This document shows positions 48,918-58,566 of a stretch of DNA of 64,000 nt, in pieces; the stretch's first letter is position 1; every line of letters starts with the position of its first letter. The notes under the pieces are model-generated. The model made no database searches and had not been told where the DNA came from. It saw only the letters and a list, made by a program, of their open reading frames with translations. Made by a program: the position numbers and the translations under genes. The DNA is from an uncultured archaeon (GTDB lineage: Archaea; Iainarchaeota; Iainarchaeia; Iainarchaeales; 1-14-0-10-31-34): positions 288,001-352,000 of the forward strand of contig CAZSOZ010000001.1 in the NCBI GenBank assembly GCA_964608675.1, in the 5' to 3' direction.

Positions 48918-48933
48918 CTCGCAAGGTGTTTTA

Positions 48934-50100
48934 ATGGATGAAAGCTTTTGCTGGAAATGTGGGTCAAAAAAAGTGATTAAAAAAGGCAAATCTGTTTCTA
49001 AATGGAAAAGTTTTTGGAAACAGAGATTTCAATGCCTTGCTTGTAATCACAAGTTTATAAGTAAAAAAAAACATTTGATTGACTATGAAGAAAAAGAATT
49101 TGTTTACAAAACTAAACCAATCCCTAAAATAGATTGGAGTGCATACAATAAAGCACAGACAAATGAAAAGCTTATGATATTCAGTTTAATTGATGAACTT
49201 CTTGATTTAATTTCTATGTCTCAAGAACAAAAAACTGGAAGACCTGCTATTCAGATTAGAGATATGGTATTTTGTATGCTAATAAAAATATATACAAAAA
49301 CTTCCAGCAGAGCAGTTGTTTCAGATTTAGAGTTAGCAAAAAGACAGGGTTACATAAATCATGTTCCTTGCTATTCAACTCTCATGTTATATTTTAATGA
49401 TGAGAGACTTCAAAAAATATTAAAAGAATTAGTGCACTTGTCTGGACTGCCTTTGAAAGATGTCGAAGAACATTTTTCCATAGATTCATCAGGATTTTCA
49501 ACCTCTCAATTTGGAAGGTGGTTTGACTTTAGATTTAGAAACAAATCAATCATAACAGAGGAAAGGGTCTTTAGAAAAGCACATATAATGGTTGGCGTCA
49601 AAACAAATGTAATTACTGCAATAGAAATAACAACACAAACCCATGCAGACAGCCCACAACTAAAAGCATTGCTAAAAAAAACAGTTTTGAATTATGATGT
49701 AAAGGAAGTTTCAGCAGATAAAGCTTATTTAAGCATAAATAATCTTGAACTTATTGACTCTGTTGGGGCAGTTCCATTGATTCCATTCAAGAAAAATTCA
49801 AAAGGTTCAAGAGGAAGACAAGGAATGATTTGGAAAAAAATGTTTTGGTATCAAAAAAACAAACCTCAAGAGTTTTATGAACGCTATTACAAAAGAGCAA
49901 ATGTAGAATCAACATTTAACATGATAAAACAAAAATTTACTCCAACTCTTATGACAAAAAATTTTGTAGCAAACGTGAATGAAATAATGGGCAAAGCATT
50001 ATGCCACAACCTACGCTGTTTAATCTACGGATACTTTAAATTAGGAATAAATAAAAAATTTGCAGAAGTCCTAACAAACAACCAAAATGTCACTTATTGA
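48934..50100 (+). CDS. DDE transposase, IS5 family (IS903-like), with N-terminal Zn ribbon
   Basis: CxxC...CxxC N-terminus, DWSAYN, IDSSG, ADKAY, Y..RANVESTF. The stop codon overlaps the inner right repeat. Confidence 0.9.
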   Translation: MDESFCWKCGSKKVIKKGKSVSKWKSFWKQRFQCLACNHKFISKKKHLIDYEEKEFVYKTKPIPKIDWSAYNKAQTNEKLMIFSLIDELLDLISMSQEQKTGRPAIQIRDMVFCMLIKIYTKTSSRAVVSDLELAKRQGYINHVPCYSTLMLYFNDERLQKILKELVHLSGLPLKDVEEHFSIDSSGFSTSQFGRWFDFRFRNKSIITEERVFRKAHIMVGVKTNVITAIEITTQTHADSPQLKALLKKTVLNYDVKEVSADKAYLSINNLELIDSVGAVPLIPFKKNSKGSRGRQGMIWKKMFWYQKNKPQEFYERYYKRANVESTFNMIKQKFTPTLMTKNFVANVNEIMGKALCHNLRCLIYGYFKLGINKKFAEVLTNNQNVTY

Positions 50101-50119
50101 GTTTTTAAACAAAAGTCTC
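50100..50119 (-). repeat. Inner (subterminal) right inverted repeat
   Basis: AGTTTTTAAACAAAAGTCTC; shares TGAGTTTTTAAACAA as a direct repeat with the terminal copy at 50148-50162. Confidence 0.85.
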
Positions 50120-50135
50120 AAAATATTAGAATCTG

Positions 50136-50717
50136 CTAATCTTGTGCTGAGTTTTTAAACAACGTCGGTTTTCGGATTTCCAGTATTCTGAAATAAAAGT
50201 TAGCAATAATGCTTGAAACCATGTGGCTGATTAAAAGAATGTAAAATGTTTCTTTTTCAAAAAATTCAGCTGAATAAAATTGTTTTGCAGTAAAATATAA
50301 AAGGAAAAAGATTATTAGTGTAAGAAAAACTTTTTTCCTGGTAAGTTTTATGTAATGAAATATCGGCACTTTTTCCACTAAAGCAAGCCCTAGCGGAACA
50401 ACCAGGATCATAATCAAAAAAAAAGTGTATCCCCAGCCTGTCAACACCAGAAAAAGAAACGGAACCGAAAAAAGAAATGTTATTTGTTTGAATCGTTCCT
50501 TTAATTTTTCCGAGTTTTGTTTGTTCCATCCAAAATAATTTTCCAGCAGAGAAACAAAAACAACCATCGAAGTAGCCATTAAAACAAAATAAATTCTTGC
50601 TTGAATTGAATCAAAAAAAGGGCTTTCCTGCACTAAAAGAAAATAACTTGTTACTGCAAGAAAAAAAAATATTATGAATCCAATCCAGAACCTCTGCCTT
50701 AATTTTTTTGGCATCAT
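50136..50717 (-). CDS. Polytopic membrane protein whose C-terminus is replaced by the transposon end
   Basis: About six TM segments; the last residues (TLFKNSAQD) are read from the right end of the element. Confidence 0.75.
   Translation of the reverse strand: MMPKKLRQRFWIGFIIFFFLAVTSYFLLVQESPFFDSIQARIYFVLMATSMVVFVSLLENYFGWNKQNSEKLKERFKQITFLFSVPFLFLVLTGWGYTFFLIMILVVPLGLALVEKVPIFHYIKLTRKKVFLTLIIFFLLYFTAKQFYSAEFFEKETFYILLISHMVSSIIANFYFRILEIRKPTLFKNSAQD
50167..50175. repeat. Right target-site duplication GGTTTTCGG
   Basis: Identical to 44739-44747. Confidence 0.92.
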
Positions 50718-50741
50718 GATATTATTAATGCATTCGTTTAT

Positions 50742-51875
50742 TTATTTTTTGAGTATTTTTTTGAATTTTTTAAATAACCCGTTTTCTGTTTTTTCTTCTT
50801 CTTCGCTTAATTCTTCAAATAATTCTTTTTGTTTTTTTGTCATTTTTTTGGGTGTCCTGACAATAACTTTAATATATTCGTCTCCATAGCCTCCTTGTTC
50901 GATGTCTTTTATTCCTTTTCCTTTCAATCTGAAAATCGTTCCTGTTTGTGTTCCTTCAGGAATCTTTAATTCTGCTTTGCCTTTTAAAGTTGGAACTTCT
51001 ATTTTTCCTCCTAATGCTGCAGTAGCAAAAGTAATCGGAACTTCTCCGTAAATATCTGTTTTATCTCTTCTGAAAAAATCATGAGGTTCAACAAAAACAA
51101 CTACATACAAGTCTCCGTTTCCTGCTCCTCTTTCCCCTGCGTTTCCTTCTCCTTTTAGTCTTAAATATGCTCCGTTTTGCATTCCTTCAGGAATTTCTAC
51201 TTTTATTTTTCTATTTTTTCTTTTTCTTCCTGTTCCGTTGCATTCACTGCAGGGATTTTTTATTGTTTTTCCTTCTCCTCTGCATCTTCTGCAGGTTGTT
51301 TTTGTGCTAAAAGTTCCGAAAGGAGTTCTTTGATTTCTTGTTTCGTATCCTGTTCCTCTGCATTCAGGGCATGTAATTAAACCGTCTTTTTTTTCTGAAC
51401 CTGTTCCATTGCATTTACTGCATTCTTCTAGTCTTTCTATTTCTATTTCTTTTTCTGTTCCGAATGCAGCTTCTTTGAATCCAATACTTAAGTCAACTCT
51501 TAAATCAACTCCTTTTTTTGGGCCTCTTCTTTTTCTTGAGCCAAAAATGTCTCCAAATCCAAATGAATCAAATATGTCTTCAAAATCAAATCCTGCTCCG
51601 GAAAAATCAAATCCACTGAAGCCTTCTCCAAATCCTTTAAATCCCTGAAAGCCTTCTGCTGCATGCCCAAATTGATCATAATTTTTTCTTTTTTGAGGGT
51701 CTTTTAAAACAGAATAAGCTTCTAATACTTCCTTGAATTTTTCTTCTGCGTTTTCTTCTTTGGAAATATCTGGATGATATTTTTTTGCAAGCTTTTTGTA
51801 TGCTGTTTTTATTTCCTGTTCTGATGCATTCTTGTTTATTCCTAAAACTTCATAATAATCTTTTTTTTCCGCCAT
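50742..51875 (-). CDS. dnaJ: Chaperone DnaJ
   Basis: J domain HPD, G/F region, four CxxCxGxG repeats. Confidence 0.98.
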   Translation of the reverse strand: MAEKKDYYEVLGINKNASEQEIKTAYKKLAKKYHPDISKEENAEEKFKEVLEAYSVLKDPQKRKNYDQFGHAAEGFQGFKGFGEGFSGFDFSGAGFDFEDIFDSFGFGDIFGSRKRRGPKKGVDLRVDLSIGFKEAAFGTEKEIEIERLEECSKCNGTGSEKKDGLITCPECRGTGYETRNQRTPFGTFSTKTTCRRCRGEGKTIKNPCSECNGTGRKRKNRKIKVEIPEGMQNGAYLRLKGEGNAGERGAGNGDLYVVVFVEPHDFFRRDKTDIYGEVPITFATAALGGKIEVPTLKGKAELKIPEGTQTGTIFRLKGKGIKDIEQGGYGDEYIKVIVRTPKKMTKKQKELFEELSEEEEKTENGLFKKFKKILKK

Positions 51876-51963
51876 ACTTAATCACATTAATACAGAGAAA
51901 GAAAAAGAGAAAGGAAAAGAATTTATTTCAATTGAATTTTTGTTTCTCTTCCTTTTGTGTTCA

Positions 51964-53844
51964 TTATTTTTTTTCTTCTTTGTTTTCATCTTCCATTTTG
52001 TAGTCTGCATCAACTACTTTTTCGTCGTCTTTTTTTTCTTTTTTCTGCTGGCCTGCTTCCTGTTGTGCCTGCTGTTTCTGCTGTTCTTGTGCGGCTTTCT
52101 GGTATAATTCAGTGGAAGCTTCTTGAAATACTTTATTTGTTTCGTCGAGTTTTGTTTTTATTGCTTTAACGTCTTTTTGTTCTGGTTCCAGCAGTTTTTT
52201 GAGTTCATTTATTTTGTCTTTTATTTTCTGCAGTTTTCCTGCTTCAACTTTTCCTTCCATTTCTTTTAATGTTTTTTCTGTGCTGTGCGCCAAGGCGTCT
52301 GCCTGATTGATTGTATCTATTTCTTCTCTTTTCTTTTTGTCTTCTTCTGCAAATTGTTCTGCTTCTTTTTTCATTTTTTCTATTTCTTCTTCGTTTAATT
52401 TTTCTGATGCAACTATTGAAATTTTTTGGCTTTTTCCTGTTCCTTTGTCTACTGCTGTCACGTGCACTATTCCGTTTGCATCTATGTCAAAAACAACTTC
52501 AATTTGAGGAACCCCTCTTGGGGCAGGCGGTATTCCCACTAATTGAAATCTTCCTAAGGTTTTGTTGTCTTTTGCCATAGGTCTTTCTCCTTGAAGCACG
52601 TGGATGTCTACTGCTGTCTGATTGTCTGCAGCAGTTGAAAAAATCTGGCTTTTTTTAGTTGGAATTGTAGTGTTTTTTTCAATTAATTTTGTAAAGACTC
52701 CTCCTAATGTTTCTATTCCAAGGCTTAATGGAGTGACATCCAGCAAAAGAACGTCTTTGACTTCTCCTGAAAGGACTCCTGCTTGTATTGCTGCTCCCAT
52801 TGCAACACATTCCATTGGATCAATTCCTCTTTCAACTTTTTTTCCTACAATTTTTTCTACGAATTCCTGAACCATTGGCATTCTTGTAGGGCCTCCTACT
52901 AGAATTATTTTGTCTACTTCTGCAGGAGTTAAGTTTGCGTCAGCCAAAGCCTGGCTTACAGGCTTTTCGCATTTTTCTACAATCGGCTTTACAAGCTCTT
53001 CAAGTTTTGCTCTGTTTAATTTCATGTTTAAGTGTTTTGGGCCTTCTTGTGTTGCAGTAATATAGGGCAGATTTATTTCTGTTTCAATTACATTGCTTAA
53101 TTCTATTTTTGCTTTTTCTGCTGCTTCGTTTAATCTTTGTGTGGCCATTTTGTCTTTTGTTAAATCAACTCCTTCTTCTTTTTTGAATTTTTCTACAATA
53201 TATTTTTGGATGGCTTCATCCATGTCTCTTCCGCCTAATTGAGTGTCTCCTGAAGTTGATTTGACTTCGAATACTCCTTCTCCAAAGTCCATTATTGTTA
53301 CATCTAATGTTCCTCCTCCGAAATCAAATACAAGAATTTTTTGGTCTTTTTCTTTTTTGTCTAATCCATAAGCCAGTGATGCTGCTGTCGGCTCATTTAC
53401 AATTCTTATTACTTCCAGTCCGGCAATTTTTCCTGCATCTTTTGTTGCCTGCCTTTGGTTGTCGTCAAAGTAAGCTGGAACTGTAATTACTGCTTTTTCT
53501 ACTTTTTCTCCTAAAAAGTTTTCTGTGTCTTTTTTTATTTTCTGCAGAATAAAAGCAGAAATTTGTTGGGGAGTGTATTCTTTTCCCTGAACTTTGTATT
53601 TGTGGTTTGTTCCCATTTTTCTTTTTGCGCCTGTAATTGTTCCTTCTGGATTGCTTACTGCTTGTCTTTTTGCTGGTTCTCCTACAAGCATTTGTCCGTC
53701 TTTAGTAAAAGCCACTATTGAAGGAAATGCTTTTCCGTATAAGCTTGCTCCTTCTGCTGAAGGAATAATTCTTGGTTTTCCTCCTTCTAGTACTGATGCT
53801 GCAGAATTTGATGTTCCTAAATCTATTCCAATTATTTTGCTCAT
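51964..53844 (-). CDS. dnaK: Chaperone DnaK (Hsp70)
   Basis: [30 protein letters not shown]. Confidence 0.98.
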   Translation of the reverse strand: MSKIIGIDLGTSNSAASVLEGGKPRIIPSAEGASLYGKAFPSIVAFTKDGQMLVGEPAKRQAVSNPEGTITGAKRKMGTNHKYKVQGKEYTPQQISAFILQKIKKDTENFLGEKVEKAVITVPAYFDDNQRQATKDAGKIAGLEVIRIVNEPTAASLAYGLDKKEKDQKILVFDFGGGTLDVTIMDFGEGVFEVKSTSGDTQLGGRDMDEAIQKYIVEKFKKEEGVDLTKDKMATQRLNEAAEKAKIELSNVIETEINLPYITATQEGPKHLNMKLNRAKLEELVKPIVEKCEKPVSQALADANLTPAEVDKIILVGGPTRMPMVQEFVEKIVGKKVERGIDPMECVAMGAAIQAGVLSGEVKDVLLLDVTPLSLGIETLGGVFTKLIEKNTTIPTKKSQIFSTAADNQTAVDIHVLQGERPMAKDNKTLGRFQLVGIPPAPRGVPQIEVVFDIDANGIVHVTAVDKGTGKSQKISIVASEKLNEEEIEKMKKEAEQFAEEDKKKREEIDTINQADALAHSTEKTLKEMEGKVEAGKLQKIKDKINELKKLLEPEQKDVKAIKTKLDETNKVFQEASTELYQKAAQEQQKQQAQQEAGQQKKEKKDDEKVVDADYKMEDENKEEKK

Positions 53845-53859
53845 AATATCACCTTTTTT

Positions 53860-53976
53860 TTAATTAGCATAAACTTGCTTTCTTAGCCTCCTTTCTTCTT
53901 CATGTATTTTTTCTTTTATTTCTTCAGGGAGTTTTTCAAATTCTTCTGAATCAAGCATTAAAATTTTTTTGTTCAT
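53860..53976 (-). CDS. Small protein (38 aa) between grpE and dnaK
   Basis: ATG immediately after the grpE stop; MNKKILMLDSEEFEKLPEEIKEKIHEEERRLRKQVYAN*. Confidence 0.55.
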   Translation of the reverse strand: MNKKILMLDSEEFEKLPEEIKEKIHEEERRLRKQVYAN

Positions 53977-54564
53977 TTAATCACAGCCTATTCTTTTTTT
54001 TTCTTCTATTCCTTTTTCCTTTTTTTCTTCTCGACCTGAATTGATTTTTACTTTTGAATGCCTTAAAACTTTGTCTTTAAGCATGTATCCTTTTTGGAAT
54101 TCTTCAAGGATTATTCCGTCTTCTTTTTCTGGATTGTTTTCCTGCATTAAGCAGTCATGAAGCCCGGAATCAAATTTTTTTCCTATTGCTTTAATTTCTT
54201 TTAAGCCGTATTCTTCTAATGTTTGTTTTAATTGCTTTTCAATCAATTCAATTCCTTTTCTTTCATTTTCATCTGAATTTTTTTTGGCTGAATCAATTGA
54301 ATCCATTACTGGAAGCAGATTCTTGATTAATTCTGCGTTGCTGAATTCAACAAAAATTTTTCTGTCTTTTTCTTCTCTTTTTTTGAAGTTTTCAAATTCA
54401 GCTTGAATTCTTTTAACTAATTCAGTTAATTCTTCTATTTTTTCTTCTTTTTTGTCTTTTTTTTCTTCTGGTTTTGTTTCTTCGGGTTTTTTTGCTTCTT
54501 TTTCTTGTGTTTTGATTTGGTTTTTTTCTTTTTCTTTTTCAAAATCCTTTTTTTGTTCAAACAA
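53977..54564 (-). CDS. grpE: Nucleotide exchange factor GrpE
   Basis: QAEFENFKKR, LLPVMD, QKGY...VLR. Confidence 0.96.
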   Translation of the reverse strand: MFEQKKDFEKEKEKNQIKTQEKEAKKPEETKPEEKKDKKEEKIEELTELVKRIQAEFENFKKREEKDRKIFVEFSNAELIKNLLPVMDSIDSAKKNSDENERKGIELIEKQLKQTLEEYGLKEIKAIGKKFDSGLHDCLMQENNPEKEDGIILEEFQKGYMLKDKVLRHSKVKINSGREEKKEKGIEEKKRIGCD

Positions 54565-54647
54565 ATTAATCCCTGCCTAAAAAGTTTTGACTATGATTAA
54601 ACTCTTTAAACAAAACTTTTTTAAACCTTTTTTTTCATTCTTTTTTC

Positions 54648-55148
54648 ATGGATGACCAAAACACAAAAAAACTGCTTACTGTTTCCCAGAAATTTTATTT
54701 AACCGGAAGAACTCTTTCTGATAGCAATCTATCAAGGCATAGATTTCAAGTTATAATAAGAAAGATTGAACAGCCTTTTTCTGATGACTTGGATAAAGAA
54801 TTTAATTGGTTGTTGCAGTGTTTAGGTTTTTTTGAACCTATAGATAAAGGCAAAACAGCTGCGTCTGTTTTTCGTGAATTAGTTAAATCTACAGATAAAA
54901 AAGAAGGGCTTACTTCAACTCAGCTGGCCGAAAAAGTTGGGATGAGCAGAGGGGCAGTGATAAATCATTTAAATAATCTTTCAAGGAGCGGTTTAATTTT
55001 AAAGCAGGGAAGCAGATATTTTGCAAGAAGCAAATCTCTTTTTCGCACAATAAAAGAATTGCAGGATGAAATTGATTTGGTGTTTAAAAAAATGGAGAAA
55101 ACAGCAAAAGAATTAGATGAAGAAATGGGCTTGCTTTTAGAAGACTAA
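54648..55148 (+). CDS. ArsR-like winged-helix transcription regulator
   Basis: LTSTQLAEKVGMSRGAVINHLNNLSRSGLI HTH; divergent from grpE. Confidence 0.85.
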   Translation: MDDQNTKKLLTVSQKFYLTGRTLSDSNLSRHRFQVIIRKIEQPFSDDLDKEFNWLLQCLGFFEPIDKGKTAASVFRELVKSTDKKEGLTSTQLAEKVGMSRGAVINHLNNLSRSGLILKQGSRYFARSKSLFRTIKELQDEIDLVFKKMEKTAKELDEEMGLLLED

Positions 55149-56516
55149 TTATTCTGTCCATTCAAATTTTGACTGGAAATGCCTTAAAACAGGGCTTTCA
55201 AATTCAAATTTCAGGCCTTTGATTTCTTTTTTTCTTTTCTTTAATTTTTTGAATGATTCAATTATGTAGTCCATATGTTCTTTCAAATAAACTCTTCTTG
55301 GAATAGTAAGTCTTAATAAATCAAGTTTTGGCATTATGTTTTCTTTTGTTTTTGGATTTCTTCCTGCCAGCAGGGTTCCGATTTCTACTCCTCTTATTCC
55401 TGATTCAATATAGAGTTCTGTTGCAAGAGCCTGAGAAGGAAATTGTTCCTGAGGGATATGCTTTAAAAATTCTTTTCCATCAACAAAAACTGCATGTCCT
55501 CCAATTGGCTTCATTACAGGAATTCCTGCTTTACTTAATTCTTCCCCAAGATATTTCACTTGTCCAATTCTGTGCCTTAAATAATCTTCATTTATTCCTT
55601 CTTTTAATCCTACTGCTATTGCTTCTAAATCTCTTCCGCTAATTCCTCCGTAAGTTGGAAAACCTTCAAACAAAATACAGAAAGGAATACTTTTTTCATA
55701 TAATTCTTTTTCTTTGAATGCAAGAACCCCGCCAATGTTTACTATTGCGTCTTTTTTTGCACTCATAGTGAATCCATCACAATAAGAGAACATTTCTTTT
55801 GCTATTTCTTTAATTGACTTGTTTTCAAATCCTTTTTCTTTTTCTTTAATAAAAAAACAGTTTTCTGCATATCTTGCTGCATCCAAAAAAAACAATACAT
55901 CATATTCCCTGCATAATTCGCTTGTTTTTTTAATGTTCTGCATTGAAACCGGCTGGCCTCCGCCTGAATTGCAAGTAATCGTAGTTAAAACATACCCGGT
56001 ATTTTTTTTATTTTCTTCAAGAACTTTTTCAAGTTTTGTTAAATCTATGTTTCCCTTAAAATCACATTCTTTTTCACAATTCCATGCTTCTTTTATTACA
56101 CAATTTTCTCCGATTCCTTTTCTGTGTTCAATATGTGCTTTGGTTGTATCAAAATGAATGTTTCCAGGAATAATGTTTCCTTCCTTTACAAGAAGATGGT
56201 CAAGAATGTGTTCTGCTGCTCTTCCCTGATGAACAGGCAGAACGAATTCAAATCCTGTTATTTCTTTTATTGATTTATGAAAATTATCAAAGCTTTTTGC
56301 GCCTGCATAGCTTTCATCTGCTTTCATTATTGCACTCCATTGATTCTGGCTCATTGCATTTGTTCCTGAATCAGTCAATAAATCAATGAAAACTTCATCT
56401 GATTTCAATAAAAAAACATTCAATCCTGCTTTTTTTACTGCCTTAATTCGTTCTTCTTTTGAAATAAGTTTTGTTAATTCAACTGACTTTATTTTAAAAT
56501 TAGGCAGAACTTCCAC
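55149..56516 (-). CDS. tnaA: Tryptophanase (PLP-dependent beta-eliminating lyase)
   Basis: IDLLTDSGT, HQGRAAE, MSAKKD. The C-terminal LRHF has the His typical of tryptophanase, versus LRFF in tyrosine phenol-lyase. GTG start at 56516 after AAGGGGA. Confidence 0.88.
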   Translation of the reverse strand: MEVLPNFKIKSVELTKLISKEERIKAVKKAGLNVFLLKSDEVFIDLLTDSGTNAMSQNQWSAIMKADESYAGAKSFDNFHKSIKEITGFEFVLPVHQGRAAEHILDHLLVKEGNIIPGNIHFDTTKAHIEHRKGIGENCVIKEAWNCEKECDFKGNIDLTKLEKVLEENKKNTGYVLTTITCNSGGGQPVSMQNIKKTSELCREYDVLFFLDAARYAENCFFIKEKEKGFENKSIKEIAKEMFSYCDGFTMSAKKDAIVNIGGVLAFKEKELYEKSIPFCILFEGFPTYGGISGRDLEAIAVGLKEGINEDYLRHRIGQVKYLGEELSKAGIPVMKPIGGHAVFVDGKEFLKHIPQEQFPSQALATELYIESGIRGVEIGTLLAGRNPKTKENIMPKLDLLRLTIPRRVYLKEHMDYIIESFKKLKKRKKEIKGLKFEFESPVLRHFQSKFEWTE

Positions 56517-56618
56517 AAAATCCCCTTTTTTCTTTAAATCTATGTATTTAGGGGGAAAGAAAAAAATAAAAAGACATCCAGACAAAAAATTATTTGTTTT
56601 CACTTTAAAGTGGTTATT

Positions 56619-56780
56619 ATGTCAAGAGCTTTTGGAAGCATTCTTTTGGTGGTTGCAATGACAGCTTTTTTTTCAAGCACAGGGCTTATTGACTGGTATA
56701 GATTTAATGAAGTTTCTTTTATGCAGACAGGCCTAACTGTTTTGCTTTTTTCTTTTGCTGTCTTTTATTTGTTCAAATGA
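56619..56780 (+). CDS. Small two-TM membrane protein (53 aa)
   Basis: Manual translation MSRAFGSILLVVAMTAFFSSTGLIDWYRFNEVSFMQTGLTVLLFSFAVFYLFK*. Confidence 0.55.
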   Translation: MSRAFGSILLVVAMTAFFSSTGLIDWYRFNEVSFMQTGLTVLLFSFAVFYLFK

Positions 56781-56790
56781 TTTAAAAGAA

Positions 56791-57555
56791 TTATAGGGAA
56801 GTAAAAATCTTTGTTTCAATTTTTTTATTCGGATGCATGATTATTTGCATGCCTGCTTCATAAGGCGGCTTTTTTTTGTTAAATTCTATTTCGGTTATTT
56901 CTTTTATTGTTCTTCCTTTGTTTAATCTTACTTTTGTTATGATTATTGATTTTCCATGATTTGGTTTATCAATAACATCTTCTTGTATAACTGTTTCCTG
57001 TTTATTTATTTTTTTTAAATATTTTTTAAAGTACTCTAATTGCCGTTTAAGATTGTTTTCTATTTTCTTTGAAGAATTAAACATTTTGATTATTTCCATT
57101 GATTTGCTTTTATTTTTTTGTTCGAGTTTTGAAATATCTTCTATTATTTCTTGCATAGACCATTCAGTTGAATCTAAAAGCATGTGTTCCAGTTGAGCAT
57201 TAATAAACTTAAATGAACCTTTTCTCTCATGCTTCTGCATTAAGTCTCTGAGCCTTTTGCTTTTTTGTATTTGTGTGCTGCGCTGTCTTATTTTTGGTTG
57301 CTTTATTAATTTTTTGTATCCTGGTTCATTAATAATGTCCCATACTTTTTTTCCTATTTCAAGATACTCTCTTTTTGTTGCTTTAATTTTGTCCTCAGAT
57401 AAAAATAGATGCCCCTTGTCAACTAAGTCATTGAATTTTTTTATTAATGCAGTTCTTATTTTTCGCGGTTTTGTTCGCCCCCTGATTTTTAAGGAAACTT
57501 TCCTGCCATTGCCCGTGCTTATTTGGTAAATGGTTCTTTTTGGTTTTTTGGCCAT
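56791..57555 (-). CDS. Basic hypothetical protein
   Basis: 254-aa Lys/Arg-rich ORF with no motif I recognise. Confidence 0.6.
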   Translation of the reverse strand: MAKKPKRTIYQISTGNGRKVSLKIRGRTKPRKIRTALIKKFNDLVDKGHLFLSEDKIKATKREYLEIGKKVWDIINEPGYKKLIKQPKIRQRSTQIQKSKRLRDLMQKHERKGSFKFINAQLEHMLLDSTEWSMQEIIEDISKLEQKNKSKSMEIIKMFNSSKKIENNLKRQLEYFKKYLKKINKQETVIQEDVIDKPNHGKSIIITKVRLNKGRTIKEITEIEFNKKKPPYEAGMQIIMHPNKKIETKIFTSL

Positions 57556-57637
57556 TTTTATCTTTATGTAATACTATTCTATTTTTTTTTATTTCTTTCC
57601 CTTTACAAGGACTACTTAAAAGGTTATTTTTTTATTT

Positions 57638-58228
57638 GTGTTTGACCTTTTTTTATCGATGAAAGCAAACCTTATTTTTTTTCCAGGAATGATTTTTCAT
57701 GAATTCAGCCATATGCTTGCCTGTTTTCTGGTCGGCGTTAAAGTAAGAAAAGTAAAGTTTTTTGGATTAAATGAAGCTTATGTAATTCATGAAAACCCTG
57801 ATGCAGTAAAGTCAATCATAATTACTCTTGCTCCTTTTATTTTAGGGAACTGGATTGCGTTGTATTTTCTTTCAGCTTCTTTTAAACAGCTGGCTTTTCT
57901 TAATCCTGTGGGATTCATTTTTTTATGGCTGGGTTTTAGTCTGGTTCATTATTCTTTTCCTTCTTTTCAGGACACAAAAAATACTTTTAATTCCTTTAAA
58001 GATTTTTATTCTTTGAGGTTAATTAAAGGAAACATTATTGCAAGAACACTGGTTTTTGTTTCTCTTCCTTTTGTGTTTATTCCTTTATTTTGTATTTTGG
58101 GGTTAATGCTTTTATTCAATTATTTTTATTTTTTAAGACTTTTGTGGACTGCTTTTATTTTTCTTTTTGCTTTCAATCAGGCTTTTGCTTTGGCCTTAGC
58201 TGATTCATTTATTTATTCTTTTTTTTAA
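57638..58228 (+). CDS. Membrane HExxH metalloprotease (M50-like)
   Basis: PGMIFHEFSH, LAPF and FPSFQD in a hydrophobic protein. Confidence 0.75.
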   Translation: MFDLFLSMKANLIFFPGMIFHEFSHMLACFLVGVKVRKVKFFGLNEAYVIHENPDAVKSIIITLAPFILGNWIALYFLSASFKQLAFLNPVGFIFLWLGFSLVHYSFPSFQDTKNTFNSFKDFYSLRLIKGNIIARTLVFVSLPFVFIPLFCILGLMLLFNYFYFLRLLWTAFIFLFAFNQAFALALADSFIYSFF

Positions 58229-58266
58229 TCACAAAGTTTTTATTTAATTAAAACCTATTTTACTTT

Positions 58267-58566
58267 ATGAAAGAAAAAGTAAAGGGAAAAATAATTAAAG
58301 AAAAAAATCAAATCATAAAAAGAAAAAACAAATTAAAGCATGGTTTTTTTGAAGCAAAAGAAGATCCAAGAATTTTTGCTCTGCTTTTCATTGAATTTTC
58401 AATTTCTATTGCTATTGCTTTGAGCATTTATTTTTATCTTGACCCTGAAGCAAACATTGTTCCTTTTCCTTATGGAATAATTATTTTTGCTGGTTTAATG
58501 TTTCTTTTGGCAATGGTTTTTCATAACACAAAAGGATTCAGAGAAAAAAGAAAAAAAGAAAATTAA
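58267..58566 (+). CDS. Small two-TM membrane protein
   Basis: Two hydrophobic helices with basic termini. Confidence 0.65.
   Translation: MKEKVKGKIIKEKNQIIKRKNKLKHGFFEAKEDPRIFALLFIEFSISIAIALSIYFYLDPEANIVPFPYGIIIFAGLMFLLAMVFHNTKGFREKRKKEN

Larger units (their letters stand above)
44748..50166. mobile_element. Cargo-carrying IS5/IS903-like transposon, 5,419 bp
   Basis: TIRs GACGTTGTTTAAAAAGTC (44748-44765) and the reverse complement of 50149-50166 match 17/18; 9-bp TSD; DDE transposase inside; composition differs from the host. Confidence 0.92.

Noticed and set aside
44773-50119. Inner repeat pair as the true element ends
   Set aside because: No target-site duplication flanks the inner pair. 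The outer pair has a perfect 9-bp TSD and restores the host gene when removed.
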